This document shows positions 7,836-16,738 of a DNA stretch of 26,342 bases, in pieces. The notes under the pieces were generated by a model. The model was not told where the DNA came from and ran no database searches. It saw only the letters and a list, made by a program, of their open reading frames with translations. This DNA comes from Candidatus Iainarchaeum sp. (GTDB lineage Archaea; Iainarchaeota; Iainarchaeia; Iainarchaeales; Iainarchaeaceae). A program made the position numbers and the translations under genes. Numbering within the stretch: the first letter of the stretch is position 1; every line of letters begins with the position of its first letter. Location: the NCBI GenBank assembly GCA_038895675.1, contig JAWANB010000008.1:1-26342 (forward strand), written 5' to 3'.

Positions 7836-8492
7836 ATGAAATTTTTTGTGTTTTTTTTGTCAATTGTTATTTTTGTTTTTTTCTCTGGTTGTGCTAAAGA
7901 GTTAGTTGAGGATAAAGAAGTTAAGCAGCAGAGCTTTGAAGTTTGCAATCCTGAAAATTGTAATGTGAAATGCGTTGGTTTTGATTTTTATTATGGCGGT
8001 TCTTGTGTTGACTCTAAGTGTTCTTACAAATATGTTGAGAAGAATTCTAATAAGTGTGGTGCGCCTTTTGTTGAAGTAGATAAGTATAAGGTTGAGAAGA
8101 AATATGATTTTTACAGCAAGCTTTTGCTTTGTGATTATGACCCTGCTTTTAAGAAATATACTTTGGTTTTTGAAATAAGGAATAAGACTGATAACATTCC
8201 TAAAATTGGTTCTCGTGTTTGGTTAAAAGTTCCTGCTTTCAACTATGGTACTTATAAAACTATTTTCAAGGAGTATGCAAAGAATAAGGTTTTGTGGGGG
8301 GATAATTTTTATACTTATGAAGGGGTAAGGTATAATGGTCAGTCTTGGGATATTAGAAATGTCGAGGTTCCTTCTGATCTTGATTTTGAGTTGATTTATT
8401 GTGAATCTGGTTCTTATGACTTTGAGTCATGCACTAAAGATTCTGGGGTTTTGATTTTTGAAGGAAATACTAAGGATTTATGTGCTAATTAG
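7836..8492 (+). CDS. Putative Cys-rich lipoprotein
   Basis: MK + hydrophobic stretch + lipobox-like FSGC; six clustered Cys in the N-terminal part (C..C..C...GGSC..KC...KCG); no recognisable family. Confidence 0.8.
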   Translation: MKFFVFFLSIVIFVFFSGCAKELVEDKEVKQQSFEVCNPENCNVKCVGFDFYYGGSCVDSKCSYKYVEKNSNKCGAPFVEVDKYKVEKKYDFYSKLLLCDYDPAFKKYTLVFEIRNKTDNIPKIGSRVWLKVPAFNYGTYKTIFKEYAKNKVLWGDNFYTYEGVRYNGQSWDIRNVEVPSDLDFELIYCESGSYDFESCTKDSGVLIFEGNTKDLCAN

Positions 8493-8667
8493 TTTTTTTT
8501 TAGTTGTTTTTCTTTTTGAATTTTTTTTTGTGTCGTTGATTTTTCAGGTGTCTTTTTGTTGTTTTGTAGAATTTTTAGTTTTTTTTAGCAGTTTTGTTTT
8601 TAGGTCTTGCTTTTTTTTTGTTTTTTTTTGTTCTGTTGCTTTTGTTTTGGTCTTTTTGGTTTTTTTA

Positions 8668-10749
8668 TTATGTTGTTTTTTTTTGTTCGTTTGTTTGTTG
8701 TTCTGTTTTTTTTGCATTTTGTTGGTTTTGCATTTTTTGTTTCCATTCTTCTTTTGTTGGGCAATCGTAGTTTAGGCACATTTCTAATTTTCTTCTGTTT
8801 ATTGTTAGTGCTATCATTGGTGAATTGCATTCTTTGCATGTTTTGTTTAGTGGTGAAATTTTTCCTTTTTGTGGTAAGGGGTATGAGTTTGAACATTTTG
8901 GGTAGTTAGTGCATCCTATGAATCTTTTTTTGTTTTTTGACCAAATTATTATCATGTTGTTTCCGCATTTAGGGCATTTTGTTATTATTGAGTCTTGCAT
9001 TAGTCCTAATTTTAGTTCGTAGGTTATTTTGTCTTTGTTTTCTATCATTCTGTCTAATACTTGGTGTAAAAATTTTCTTGATTCTTGTACTACTTCTTCT
9101 TTTGTTTTGTTTCCTTGTGCTATTGCATCCATTTCTTTTTCAAGTTCTGCTGTCATGTCTGGTTTTACTGCATCTACTTGGTATTTTTCTAATGAGTCTA
9201 TTACTGCAAAAGCTATTTTGCTTGGTTCTATTGATTTTAGGCCGTAAATATAGTTTCGTTGGTATAGTTTTTGTATTATTGTATGTCTTGTGCTTTTTGT
9301 GCCTAAGTTTAGTTCTTCCATGGCTTTTATTAGTGCTGCTTGGCTGTATCTTGCTGGTGGTTGTGTTTCTTTTTCTAATAGTTCTATTGAAATTATTTTT
9401 ACTTCTTCTCCTTCGTTTAGTTTTGGTAGGTTTATTTCGTTTATTTGTGAGTATGGGTAATATTCTTTCCAACCTAATGTTATTATTCTTTGGCCATTAG
9501 CTATGAATGGTTCTCCTGCTATGTCTATTTCTACGCTCATGTTTTCTGTTATCGCTTCTTTTCCTAATGTTGCGAAGAATCTTCTGCATATTAGTTCGTA
9601 TATTTTCCATTGTTTTTCTGTGAGGTCTTTTTTTTGTGCTGCATTCACTGGGTGTATTGGTGGGTGGTCTTTTGTTTCTTTTGGGCCTTTTGATGGTTTT
9701 AGTTCTTCTTTTAGTAGTTTTGTGGTTATTTCTTTGAAGTCTTCTACTTTTTCTAGTTCTTTTAGTATTTCTTTTAGGTTTAGTGTTTCTGGATATGTTG
9801 TGTTGTCTGTTCTTGGGTATGATGTGTATCCTTGTTGGTAAAGGTATTCGGCCGTTTCCATTGCTTGTGGTGCTGTGAATCCTATTGTTGTTGCTGCTCT
9901 TAGGAATTCTGTTGTGTTGAAAGGTATTGGTCTTTTAAGTGTTTTTTCTGTTTTTTTTGTTTTTTTTATTGTGGCTTTTGTTGGTTTTTGTTTGAATATT
10001 TCTGTTTCTTTTTTTTCCCAAAATTTTCCTTTTTTGTGGTATGCTTCAAAAGTTATTTTGTCTTTTTCTAATGTTGCTTTGTATTCCCAGTATGTTCTTT
10101 TTTTGAATGCGTTTCTTTCTTTTTCTCTGTTTACTATTATTGCTAATGTTGGTGTTTGTACTCTTCCTACGCTTAGGAACTCTTTTCCTAATTTGCCTGC
10201 TGCTATTGACAAAAACCTTGTTAGGACTGCGCCCCATATTAGGTCTATTTCTCTTCTTGTGTCTGCTGAGTCTGCTAAGTTTTTGTCTAATTCTTTTAGA
10301 TCTTTGAGTGCTTGTTCTAAGTCTTTTTTTGTTATTGCTGAAAAGTATGCTCTTTTTACTTTCAGTTCTTTGTTTGTTTCTTTCATGTATTTTATTGCTT
10401 CTGCTCCTATTGATTCTCCTTCTCTGTCTGCGTCTGTCGCGACTATTACTTCTGTGGCTTTTTTTGCTATTTCTTTTAGGGCTTCTATTATTTTTTTTTC
10501 TTTGTCTTTGTATTCTATTGGGGCATCTATTAGTTCTTTTAGTTTTGTGCTTATCCAATAACTATATTTTTTTGGGTAATCAACGTCTGTTATGTGGCCC
10601 TTTAGTGGCACTACCATGCATTCTGTGTCTTGCCATTTGAAGTTGAATACTTGGGCTTCTTTTATTGTGCTTTGTTTTTCTGTTTTGTTGCTTAGTATTT
10701 GTGCTATGCTTTTTCCTGCTATTGCTTTTTCTGCTATTATTACTTTCAT
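8668..10749 (-). CDS. topA: Type IA DNA topoisomerase with C-terminal Zn ribbons
   Basis: TOPRIM IIAEK and ATDADREGE, SVGRVQTPTL, catalytic SYPRTD, HPPIHP, LGTKSTR, Zn ribbons CPKCG...FIGCTNYPKC and CKEC...C.NYDC. Confidence 0.97.
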   Translation of the reverse strand: MKVIIAEKAIAGKSIAQILSNKTEKQSTIKEAQVFNFKWQDTECMVVPLKGHITDVDYPKKYSYWISTKLKELIDAPIEYKDKEKKIIEALKEIAKKATEVIVATDADREGESIGAEAIKYMKETNKELKVKRAYFSAITKKDLEQALKDLKELDKNLADSADTRREIDLIWGAVLTRFLSIAAGKLGKEFLSVGRVQTPTLAIIVNREKERNAFKKRTYWEYKATLEKDKITFEAYHKKGKFWEKKETEIFKQKPTKATIKKTKKTEKTLKRPIPFNTTEFLRAATTIGFTAPQAMETAEYLYQQGYTSYPRTDNTTYPETLNLKEILKELEKVEDFKEITTKLLKEELKPSKGPKETKDHPPIHPVNAAQKKDLTEKQWKIYELICRRFFATLGKEAITENMSVEIDIAGEPFIANGQRIITLGWKEYYPYSQINEINLPKLNEGEEVKIISIELLEKETQPPARYSQAALIKAMEELNLGTKSTRHTIIQKLYQRNYIYGLKSIEPSKIAFAVIDSLEKYQVDAVKPDMTAELEKEMDAIAQGNKTKEEVVQESRKFLHQVLDRMIENKDKITYELKLGLMQDSIITKCPKCGNNMIIIWSKNKKRFIGCTNYPKCSNSYPLPQKGKISPLNKTCKECNSPMIALTINRRKLEMCLNYDCPTKEEWKQKMQNQQNAKKTEQQTNEQKKTT

Positions 10750-10916
10750 TACTATTAGCTTTATGAGTAATTAATATAAATGGGGTTTTTGGTTTGTTGG
10801 GTTGTTTTTGCAGGTTTTTTTTTCATTTGTTGTTTGGTCTTTTTTGTTTTTTTAGTTTTCTATAAACTTTTTTTTCTTGTGTTGGTTTTATTAATTTTTT
10901 TGCGTTGTTGGTTTTT

Positions 10917-13103
10917 ATGAGTCAAAAGCCTGTTAAGGAAATTGTTTTGAGGGTTGAAGAGCCGGATCCTTCGCATGTTGGTAGGAATATTATTACTCTT
11001 GATAGGAAAACTAAGGATGAGCTTGGTGTTACTTCTGGTGATATTGTTGAGATAATTGGTACTCAGCATACTGCTGCTGTTATTTGGCCTGCAAGGCAGG
11101 AGGATGAAGGTAAGGGTTTGATTAGGATGGACAATTTGATTAGGCGTAATGCTGGGGTCGTGCTTGGTGATAAGGTTGTTGTTAGGAAGGCTGAGTTTAG
11201 TGAGGCTAAGAAGGTTGTTCTTGCTCCTACTCAGGACATTAGGATTATTGCTTCTGGTTATGATCGTGTTTTGAAGAAGAATTTTATTGGTAGGCCTTTG
11301 AATAAGGGTGATCATGTTCTTATTTCTGTTTTTGGTTCTGGTTTTATTTATCAAGTTGTTGATACTAATCCAAGGGGTATTGTTAAGGTTACTGATTTTA
11401 CTCAGTTTGTTTTGAGAGAGGAGCCTGTCAAGGACGGGCTTTCTGGTATTCCTCGTGTTTCTTATGAGGACATTGGTGGTCTTGAGGAGCAGATTCAGAA
11501 GGTTAGGGAAATGATTGAATTGCCTATGAAGCATCCTGAGATTTTTAGGAGGCTCGGTATTAATCCACCTAAAGGTGTTTTGCTTTATGGGCCTCCTGGA
11601 ACTGGTAAGACTCTTTTGGCTAAGGCTGTTGCTAATGAGACTCAGGCTCATTTTATTCCTATTTCTTCTCCTTCTATTATGAGTAAGTTTGTTGGTGAGG
11701 CTGAGGAGAAGATTAGGGAGGTTTTTAAGGAAGCTGAGAAGAATGCTCCTTCTATTATTTTCTTTGATGAGATTGATTCTATTGCGCCTAAGCGTGATGA
11801 GGTGGTAGGTGAAGTTGAAAGAAGAGTTGTTGCTCAGCTTCTTTCTGCTATGGATGGTATGGAGGCTCGTGGTCAGGTTATTGTGATTGCGGCTACTAAT
11901 AGGGTTAATAGTATTGATGAGGCTTTGCGTAGGCCTGGGCGTTTTGATAGGGAGATTGATATTGGGGTTCCTTCTAAGAAAGGTCGTCTTGACATTTTGA
12001 GGATTCATACGCGAGGTATGCCTCTTTCTAATGACGTTGATCTTGATTACTTTGCTTCTATTACTCATGGTTTTGTTGGTGCTGATTTAGAGGCTCTTGT
12101 TAAGGAGGCCGCTATGAAGGCTTTGCGTCGTTATTTGCCTAAAATAAATCTTGACGAGGAAACTATTCCTGCTGAAGTTCTTGAGTCTTTGGAAGTTAAG
12201 CGTGCTGATTTTTTGGAGGCTTTGAAGGATGTTCAGCCTTCTGCTTTGCGTGAAGTTACTATTGATGTTCCTGATGTTAGGTGGTCTGATATTGGCGGTC
12301 TTGATGATTTGAAGGTTGAGCTTAAGCAGGCTGTTGAGTGGCCTCTTAAGAAGCCTGAAGTTTTTCAGAAGATGGGTATTAGGCCTCCTAGGGGTGTTTT
12401 GCTTTATGGGCCTCCTGGTTGTGGTAAGACTGCTATCGCAAAGGCGATTGCTAATGAGAGTGAAGCTAATTTTATTAGTGTAAAAGGCCCTGAGTTGATT
12501 AGTAAATGGGTTGGTGAAAGTGAAAAGGGTATTAGGAAGGTTTTTCAGAGGGCGAGGCAGGTTTCGCCTGTCGTTATTTTCTTTGATGAGATTGAGAGTA
12601 TTGGAGAAAGGCGCGGCATGAGCTCTTATTCTGGTGTTAACGATAGGATGGTTAATCAGCTTTTGACAGAGCTTGATGGTATTGAAGACCTTAAAGGAAT
12701 TGTTTTTCTTGCTGCTACTAACAGGCCTGACTTGATTGACCCTGCTTTGCTGAGACCTGGCAGGATTGACAAGTTGATTATGGTTCCTGCTCCTGATAAG
12801 GCTTCTCGTTTGGCTATTCTTAAGATTCATTCGCAAAAGGTTCCTCTTGATAAGAGTGTTTCTTTGGAAGAGCTTGCTGAAAGAACTGAGGGTTATAGTG
12901 GTGCTGATTTAGAAGGCTTGGTGAGGGAAGCTTCGTTGATTTCTTTGACTAAGAACAACTTTAAGGCTTCGGCTGTTTCTTTATCTGATTTTGAGGAAGC
13001 TATGAAAAAAGTTTTGCCAACGCTTACTAAGGATATTAATGATGCTTATGAGCAATTCAAAGGTTCTGTTTCTAATGTTTTTAAGCCTACTTATGTAAGG
13101 TAA
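10917..13103 (+). CDS. cdc48: CDC48/VCP (VAT) family AAA+ ATPase
   Basis: N-domain; D1 YEDIGGL...GPPGTGKT...FFDEID...[12 protein letters not shown]2 WSDIGGL...GPPGCGKT...FFDEIE...[10 protein letters not shown]-terminal TYVR. ATG at 10917 preferred over the upstream TTG. Confidence 0.97.
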   Translation: MSQKPVKEIVLRVEEPDPSHVGRNIITLDRKTKDELGVTSGDIVEIIGTQHTAAVIWPARQEDEGKGLIRMDNLIRRNAGVVLGDKVVVRKAEFSEAKKVVLAPTQDIRIIASGYDRVLKKNFIGRPLNKGDHVLISVFGSGFIYQVVDTNPRGIVKVTDFTQFVLREEPVKDGLSGIPRVSYEDIGGLEEQIQKVREMIELPMKHPEIFRRLGINPPKGVLLYGPPGTGKTLLAKAVANETQAHFIPISSPSIMSKFVGEAEEKIREVFKEAEKNAPSIIFFDEIDSIAPKRDEVVGEVERRVVAQLLSAMDGMEARGQVIVIAATNRVNSIDEALRRPGRFDREIDIGVPSKKGRLDILRIHTRGMPLSNDVDLDYFASITHGFVGADLEALVKEAAMKALRRYLPKINLDEETIPAEVLESLEVKRADFLEALKDVQPSALREVTIDVPDVRWSDIGGLDDLKVELKQAVEWPLKKPEVFQKMGIRPPRGVLLYGPPGCGKTAIAKAIANESEANFISVKGPELISKWVGESEKGIRKVFQRARQVSPVVIFFDEIESIGERRGMSSYSGVNDRMVNQLLTELDGIEDLKGIVFLAATNRPDLIDPALLRPGRIDKLIMVPAPDKASRLAILKIHSQKVPLDKSVSLEELAERTEGYSGADLEGLVREASLISLTKNNFKASAVSLSDFEEAMKKVLPTLTKDINDAYEQFKGSVSNVFKPTYVR

Positions 13104-13219
13104 TTGGCTTTAGTATTTGTTGTGGTCAGAGCAAGCTGGGTTTTAAGTCGAAAATAAGTCGTGTTAAAAGTTAATGGTATTTTGCTTTAGGTTTAATCAA
13201 CAAAATAACAACAAAAACA

Positions 13220-13237
13220 CTTTCGTCAATTGACGAT
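13220..13237. promoter_or_regulatory. Palindromic operator-like site, copy 1 (CTTTCGTCAATTGACGAT)
   Basis: Perfect 14-bp palindrome TCGTCAATTGACGA at 13223-13236, centred about 40 bp upstream of ATG 13270; near-identical copy at 15315-15332. Confidence 0.7.
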
Positions 13238-13269
13238 ACATTTTTAGTTTTTTGTTTTGTTATTAATTT

Positions 13270-13824
13270 ATGGTTTCTAATAAAGGTTTTTTTGGTGCTG
13301 TTGTTTTTTTTATTTTCGTTTTTTGTTTTTCTTTTATTTTGGATTACTATTCAAAGGTTTATTTTGAGCGTGAAAATTTTTCTGTTTCTTTAATTTCTTC
13401 TTCTATGCTTTTCACTAAAAAAGCCACTTCTGAGTATTTTGCTTCTAATGCTATAAATAGTGTTTTGCAAAATTCGTTTTTGTTCAATTTTGATTCTTTT
13501 GCTTTAAAGGATAAAATTAGTTTTGAATTGCTTAATTACCTTGACTCTGTTGGTTTTTCTAAAATAGGTTTGTGCAAGCACAAGTTTTCTTTTATTTCTG
13601 GGAAAATAGTAAAAAGTATTGAGTTTGTTTTTGAGTCTAAAGAGAAATTTTCAGAACAATTTAGGGTGCTAATTTTGAAAAAATTTGGTTTTATTTTTAT
13701 TGAATTTTTTGTTCCTGAAAATTCAAAGTTTTTCCCTTGTGCATTATTTGAGTCTAATGGTGATTCAGTTTTTTTTGTTATTTTGCCTGGCTTTTCTAAA
13801 AGTGCTTTGGTGGTGTTGCCTTGA
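13270..13824 (+). CDS. Pilin-like protein with putative class III signal peptide
   Basis: MVSNKG/FFGAVVFFIFVFCFSFIL: short basic leader, KG cleavage-site pattern, hydrophobic helix. First gene of an overlapping four-gene run. Confidence 0.6.
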   Translation: MVSNKGFFGAVVFFIFVFCFSFILDYYSKVYFERENFSVSLISSSMLFTKKATSEYFASNAINSVLQNSFLFNFDSFALKDKISFELLNYLDSVGFSKIGLCKHKFSFISGKIVKSIEFVFESKEKFSEQFRVLILKKFGFIFIEFFVPENSKFFPCALFESNGDSVFFVILPGFSKSALVVLP

Positions 13825-14033
13825 ATTCTCTTGAGTTTGTTTTGGTTTTTTCTTTTTGTATAACTTTTTTTTCTGTTGTGGTTTTTTCTTATTTAGAGTA
13901 TTTTAGTATTTCAACTTTTTTTATAAGGCAAAACTATTTTTCTTTTACTTTTGTTTTGGATAATTTGCTTTTGGATTTGAAAAATTTGCGTTGTTCTGTT
14001 GTTGATTTGAATAGGGGTGTTCATTTTGATTAG
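13821..14033 (+). CDS. Small pilin-like membrane protein
   Basis: MNSLEFVLVFSFCITFF carries the SLE(F/Y) motif of archaeal pilin N-termini. TTG start overlaps the previous stop (TTGA), with SD GGTGGTG upstream. Confidence 0.55.
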   Translation: MNSLEFVLVFSFCITFFSVVVFSYLEYFSISTFFIRQNYFSFTFVLDNLLLDLKNLRCSVVDLNRGVHFD

Positions 14034-14397
14034 GGGTTTTTTCAATTCTTTTGATTTGGTTTTGGCTTTTGTCATTTTATTGTTTTTTGTTTTGTTTGTT
14101 GTAAGTTTTGTTGATTTTCATGTTGTTAGGTTGTTTGACGAAATGTCTTTTTTAAGTTCTTTTTTTCAGTCTTTTGTTTTTTCAGAATTAGCTGTTAAAC
14201 AAAGTTCTTTTAGCGGTAATTCTTTTGGTTTTGCTTATTTTGACTTTTCTGAAAAAAGGAGTTTGCCTAATATTATTGTATTAGAGAATTTGAAAAGTGT
14301 TGGTTTTGATTCTAATGCTAATTGTTTTTCTTTTAAGAGAATAGTTAAACCTTATTTGTCTTCTAAAGTTTTGTTGGAAATTCCTTTTTGTAGGTGA
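14026..14397 (+). CDS. Pilin-like protein with putative class III signal peptide
   Basis: From TTG 14026 (SD GGGGTG at 14014-14019): MIRG/FFNSFDLVLAFVILLFFV, i.e. RG motif, an acidic residue near +5/+6, then a hydrophobic helix. Confidence 0.6.
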   Translation: MIRGFFNSFDLVLAFVILLFFVLFVVSFVDFHVVRLFDEMSFLSSFFQSFVFSELAVKQSSFSGNSFGFAYFDFSEKRSLPNIIVLENLKSVGFDSNANCFSFKRIVKPYLSSKVLLEIPFCR

Positions 14398-14403
14398 TTT
14401 TTT

Positions 14404-14718
14404 TTGTTTTTTAGTTTTGAGGGTTTGGTTTCTTTGTTGTTATTTTTTTTACTTGCTTTTTCTTTGTTTTCTCTTAATTCTGAATTTGATTTTTCTTTGT
14501 TGCAAAGGTTTGCTTTGGTTTCTGATTTGGTTGTGCTTTGGTCTCAAGAGAATTCGAGTGAAGAGCAAATGTTGTCTGATTCTGAAAAGTTTCTCGGTGA
14601 TTTTTGTTTAATCGTTAATAATAAAGTTTTAAGGTGTGATAATCCTGATAATAAGGTTTTTGTCGAGGTTTTGATTGGCGATGCTTTTGAAAAACGTTTA
14701 GTGGTTTTAGGTAGTTGA
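14404..14718 (+). CDS. Small pilin-like membrane protein
   Basis: MFFSFEGLVSLLLFFLLAF (SxE + hydrophobic helix); SD AGGTGA at 14392-14397. Confidence 0.55.
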   Translation: MFFSFEGLVSLLLFFLLAFSLFSLNSEFDFSLLQRFALVSDLVVLWSQENSSEEQMLSDSEKFLGDFCLIVNNKVLRCDNPDNKVFVEVLIGDAFEKRLVVLGS

Positions 14719-14724
14719 TTTTTT

Positions 14725-15108
14725 TTAGTTTGCTGTTAGTGTTATTGTGTTGTTTTGTTTTTCTATTGTTATTGTTTTTCCTTTTGAGTTTTTGCATTCT
14801 ATGTTTTGAATTTTGTCAGTTATTTTATTTTCTGTGCCTATTTTGATTATGCATTCGTCTTTTGTTGTTGTTAGTTCTATGTTTTGGTTTGTTTTCGTGC
14901 TTATTTTGGTTCCGTTTCCTAACGCTTTGGTTATTTCTATTTTTTCTTTTATTTGTTTTTTTGTTTCTTCAAAAATCTTTTTCGTATAGTTTTCTTTCGT
15001 AGAGTTGAATATGTTGAAGGTAGTTGCTGTTATGAGTCCTATTATGGAAATTATTCCTGCTGTTAATATCATGTATTCTAAGCTTATTTGTGCTTTTGTT
15101 TTTTGCAT
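14725..15108 (-). CDS. Class III signal peptide (DUF361-type) archaeal pilin
   Basis: True start is the internal ATG at 15108: MQKTKAQISLEYMILTAGIISIIGLI, canonical K-A-Q-x-S-L-E-Y. The upstream 64 codons of the track ORF are an out-of-frame shadow of the next gene. Confidence 0.85.
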   Translation of the reverse strand: MQKTKAQISLEYMILTAGIISIIGLITATTFNIFNSTKENYTKKIFEETKKQIKEKIEITKALGNGTKISTKTNQNIELTTTKDECIIKIGTENKITDKIQNIECKNSKGKTITIEKQNNTITLTAN

Positions 15109-15113
15109 TTGTT

Positions 15114-15281
15114 TCACATGTCTTCTATTTGTTTGAATATCGTTGTTGCTTTTTTGTCTATTGTTTTTGTTCCTTGTTGTGCTAATTTTTGTAGTTGGGT
15201 TGTTAGTAATAATATTATTGCTATGAGTGTTGCTGCTAATATTATCATTTCTAAGGATACTTGGGCTTTTTCTGATTTCAT
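15114..15281 (-). CDS. 55-aa class III signal peptide pilin (absent from ORF track)
   Basis: Manual translation: MKSEKAQVSLEMIILAATLIAIILLLTTQLQKLAQQGTKTIDKKATTIFKQIEDM-TGA, with canonical KAQVSLE motif and hydrophobic helix. Confidence 0.85.
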   Translation of the reverse strand: MKSEKAQVSLEMIILAATLIAIILLLTTQLQKLAQQGTKTIDKKATTIFKQIEDM

Positions 15282-15314
15282 AATTATGTTTTTTTATCAT
15301 AACCTAATAAAAGC

Positions 15315-15332
15315 CTTTCGTCAATTGCCGAA
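15315..15332. promoter_or_regulatory. Palindromic operator-like site, copy 2 (CTTTCGTCAATTGCCGAA)
   Basis: 16 of the first 17 nt are identical to copy 1. Centred about 43 bp upstream of the minus-strand pilin ATG at 15281 and directly upstream of a minus-strand TATA-like TTTTATTA (15305-15312). Confidence 0.7.
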
Positions 15333-15394
15333 TATTTTTTTTGTCTTTTTGTTGCTTATTTGTTTTTATTTGGTTCTTTGTGTTGTTTTTTGTT

Positions 15395-16738
15395 ATGGCT
15401 ATTGATGATTTTAATTGGCTTGTAAGGTATTTTCCTAAGTCTGAGGATGAGTTTGTTGGGAATGTTGAGGCTGTTAGTTTTGTTGTTCAGTGGGCTAAAA
15501 AATGGTCTTCTGGCGAGACTTTGTCGCCTTTGTTGTTGTGGGGTCAGTCTGGCTCTGGCAAGACTGCTTTGGCTTATTTTGTTGCTCGTAAGTTTGGTTG
15601 GGATGTTCTTGAGTTGAATAGTTCTAATGTTAGGACTAAAGAGGAAGTTCTAAAGGTTTTGGGTGCGGCTTCTGTAAGTTCTTCTTTTTCTGGTTCTAAA
15701 AGACTTATTTTAATTGACGAAGTTGATTCTTTAGGCAAGGCTGATAAGGGTGGTTTGCAGGCTATTAATGAGATAATAAAGTCTTCTAAAAACCCTGTTA
15801 TTTTGACTGCTAATGATATTTTTTCTAATCGTGCTGTTTCTCAATTGCGTTTTTCTTGTAAGCCTATTGAGTTCAAGAAAATAAATTATTTGTCTATTGC
15901 TAAGAGGCTTAAAGAAATTTTGTCTTTAGAAAAAATTCCTTTTGATGACGATGCTGTTGTTGAGTTGGCAAAAAATTCTAATGGTGATATGCGTTCGGCT
16001 TTGCTTGATCTCGAGTCTGTTGCTTTTTCTGGTAGAGTTACTAAAGAATCTTTATCTGCATTTTCAAGTAGAGAACATTCTGTCAAGGTTTTTGATTTGA
16101 TGAAGCAGGTTTTTAAGAAGTCGAGTTTTGACGAGGTTCGTTCTGCAAGACTTAATTCTGATTTAAGCCCAGAAATGATTGTTAATTGGGTTGAAGAAAA
16201 TATTCCTAGGCAATATCGTGATGTTGAAGATTGTGCAAGGGCTTTTAATTTTCTTTCAAGGTCGGACATTTTTTCAGGCAGAATCTATAAAAGACAGCAT
16301 TGGGGTTTTTTGTCTTTTTCTCAGGAGTTGGCTTGCGAGGGTGTCGCGCTTTCTAAAACTAAGGTTTATTCTGATTTTGTTGTCTATCAATTTCCTACTA
16401 TTTTGTCTTTTCTTTCCAAGACTTCTCCTTTAAGATCTTTGAAAAAGGGAATAGGGTTAAAAGCTGGAGAGAAATTGCATTGTTCTTCGAGTTTTTTTAT
16501 TAGGAGTCATTTGCCTTACTTTGTTATAATGTTCAAGAACAAGAGATTGGCTGTTGCTTTCTCTACTTACTTTGGTTTTGATGAAGAAGAGATTGCTTTT
16601 TTTCTCGGCTTAAAACCAGATTCTAAGTTGGTTCGTGAAATTTTTGATGAATCTAAGGAGTTGGTTAGTGGAAACGCTAAGCCAAAACCTGTTTTTCAAG
16701 AAAATTTTCAATCTGGTAAGCAAACTAAGTTGTTTTGA
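15395..16738 (+). CDS. rfcL: Replication factor C large subunit
   Basis: Walker A GQSGSGKT, LELNSSNVRT, Walker B ILIDEVD, PVILTAND, NGDMRSALLDL, WVEENIPRQY, LSRSDIFSGRI, C-terminal PIP-like KQTKLF. ATG at 15395. Confidence 0.95.
   Translation: MAIDDFNWLVRYFPKSEDEFVGNVEAVSFVVQWAKKWSSGETLSPLLLWGQSGSGKTALAYFVARKFGWDVLELNSSNVRTKEEVLKVLGAASVSSSFSGSKRLILIDEVDSLGKADKGGLQAINEIIKSSKNPVILTANDIFSNRAVSQLRFSCKPIEFKKINYLSIAKRLKEILSLEKIPFDDDAVVELAKNSNGDMRSALLDLESVAFSGRVTKESLSAFSSREHSVKVFDLMKQVFKKSSFDEVRSARLNSDLSPEMIVNWVEENIPRQYRDVEDCARAFNFLSRSDIFSGRIYKRQHWGFLSFSQELACEGVALSKTKVYSDFVVYQFPTILSFLSKTSPLRSLKKGIGLKAGEKLHCSSSFFIRSHLPYFVIMFKNKRLAVAFSTYFGFDEEEIAFFLGLKPDSKLVREIFDESKELVSGNAKPKPVFQENFQSGKQTKLF

Noticed and set aside
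8493..8667. Possible Lys-rich topA tail via readthrough or frameshift in A-runs
   Set aside because: There is a double TAA stop, and all minus-strand frames are Lys-rich simply because of the skew. It cannot be supported without reads.
13105..13170. tRNA-like words (TGGTCAGAGCA...TTTTAA) after cdc48, suggesting a tRNA-Lys remnant or integration site
   Set aside because: No acceptor stem, anticodon stem or GTTCRA T-loop can be formed.
15109..15300. 64-residue N-terminal extension of the ORF-track protein 14725..15300
   Set aside because: It is the out-of-frame reading of the 55-aa pilin gene. The class III signal places the real start at 15108.
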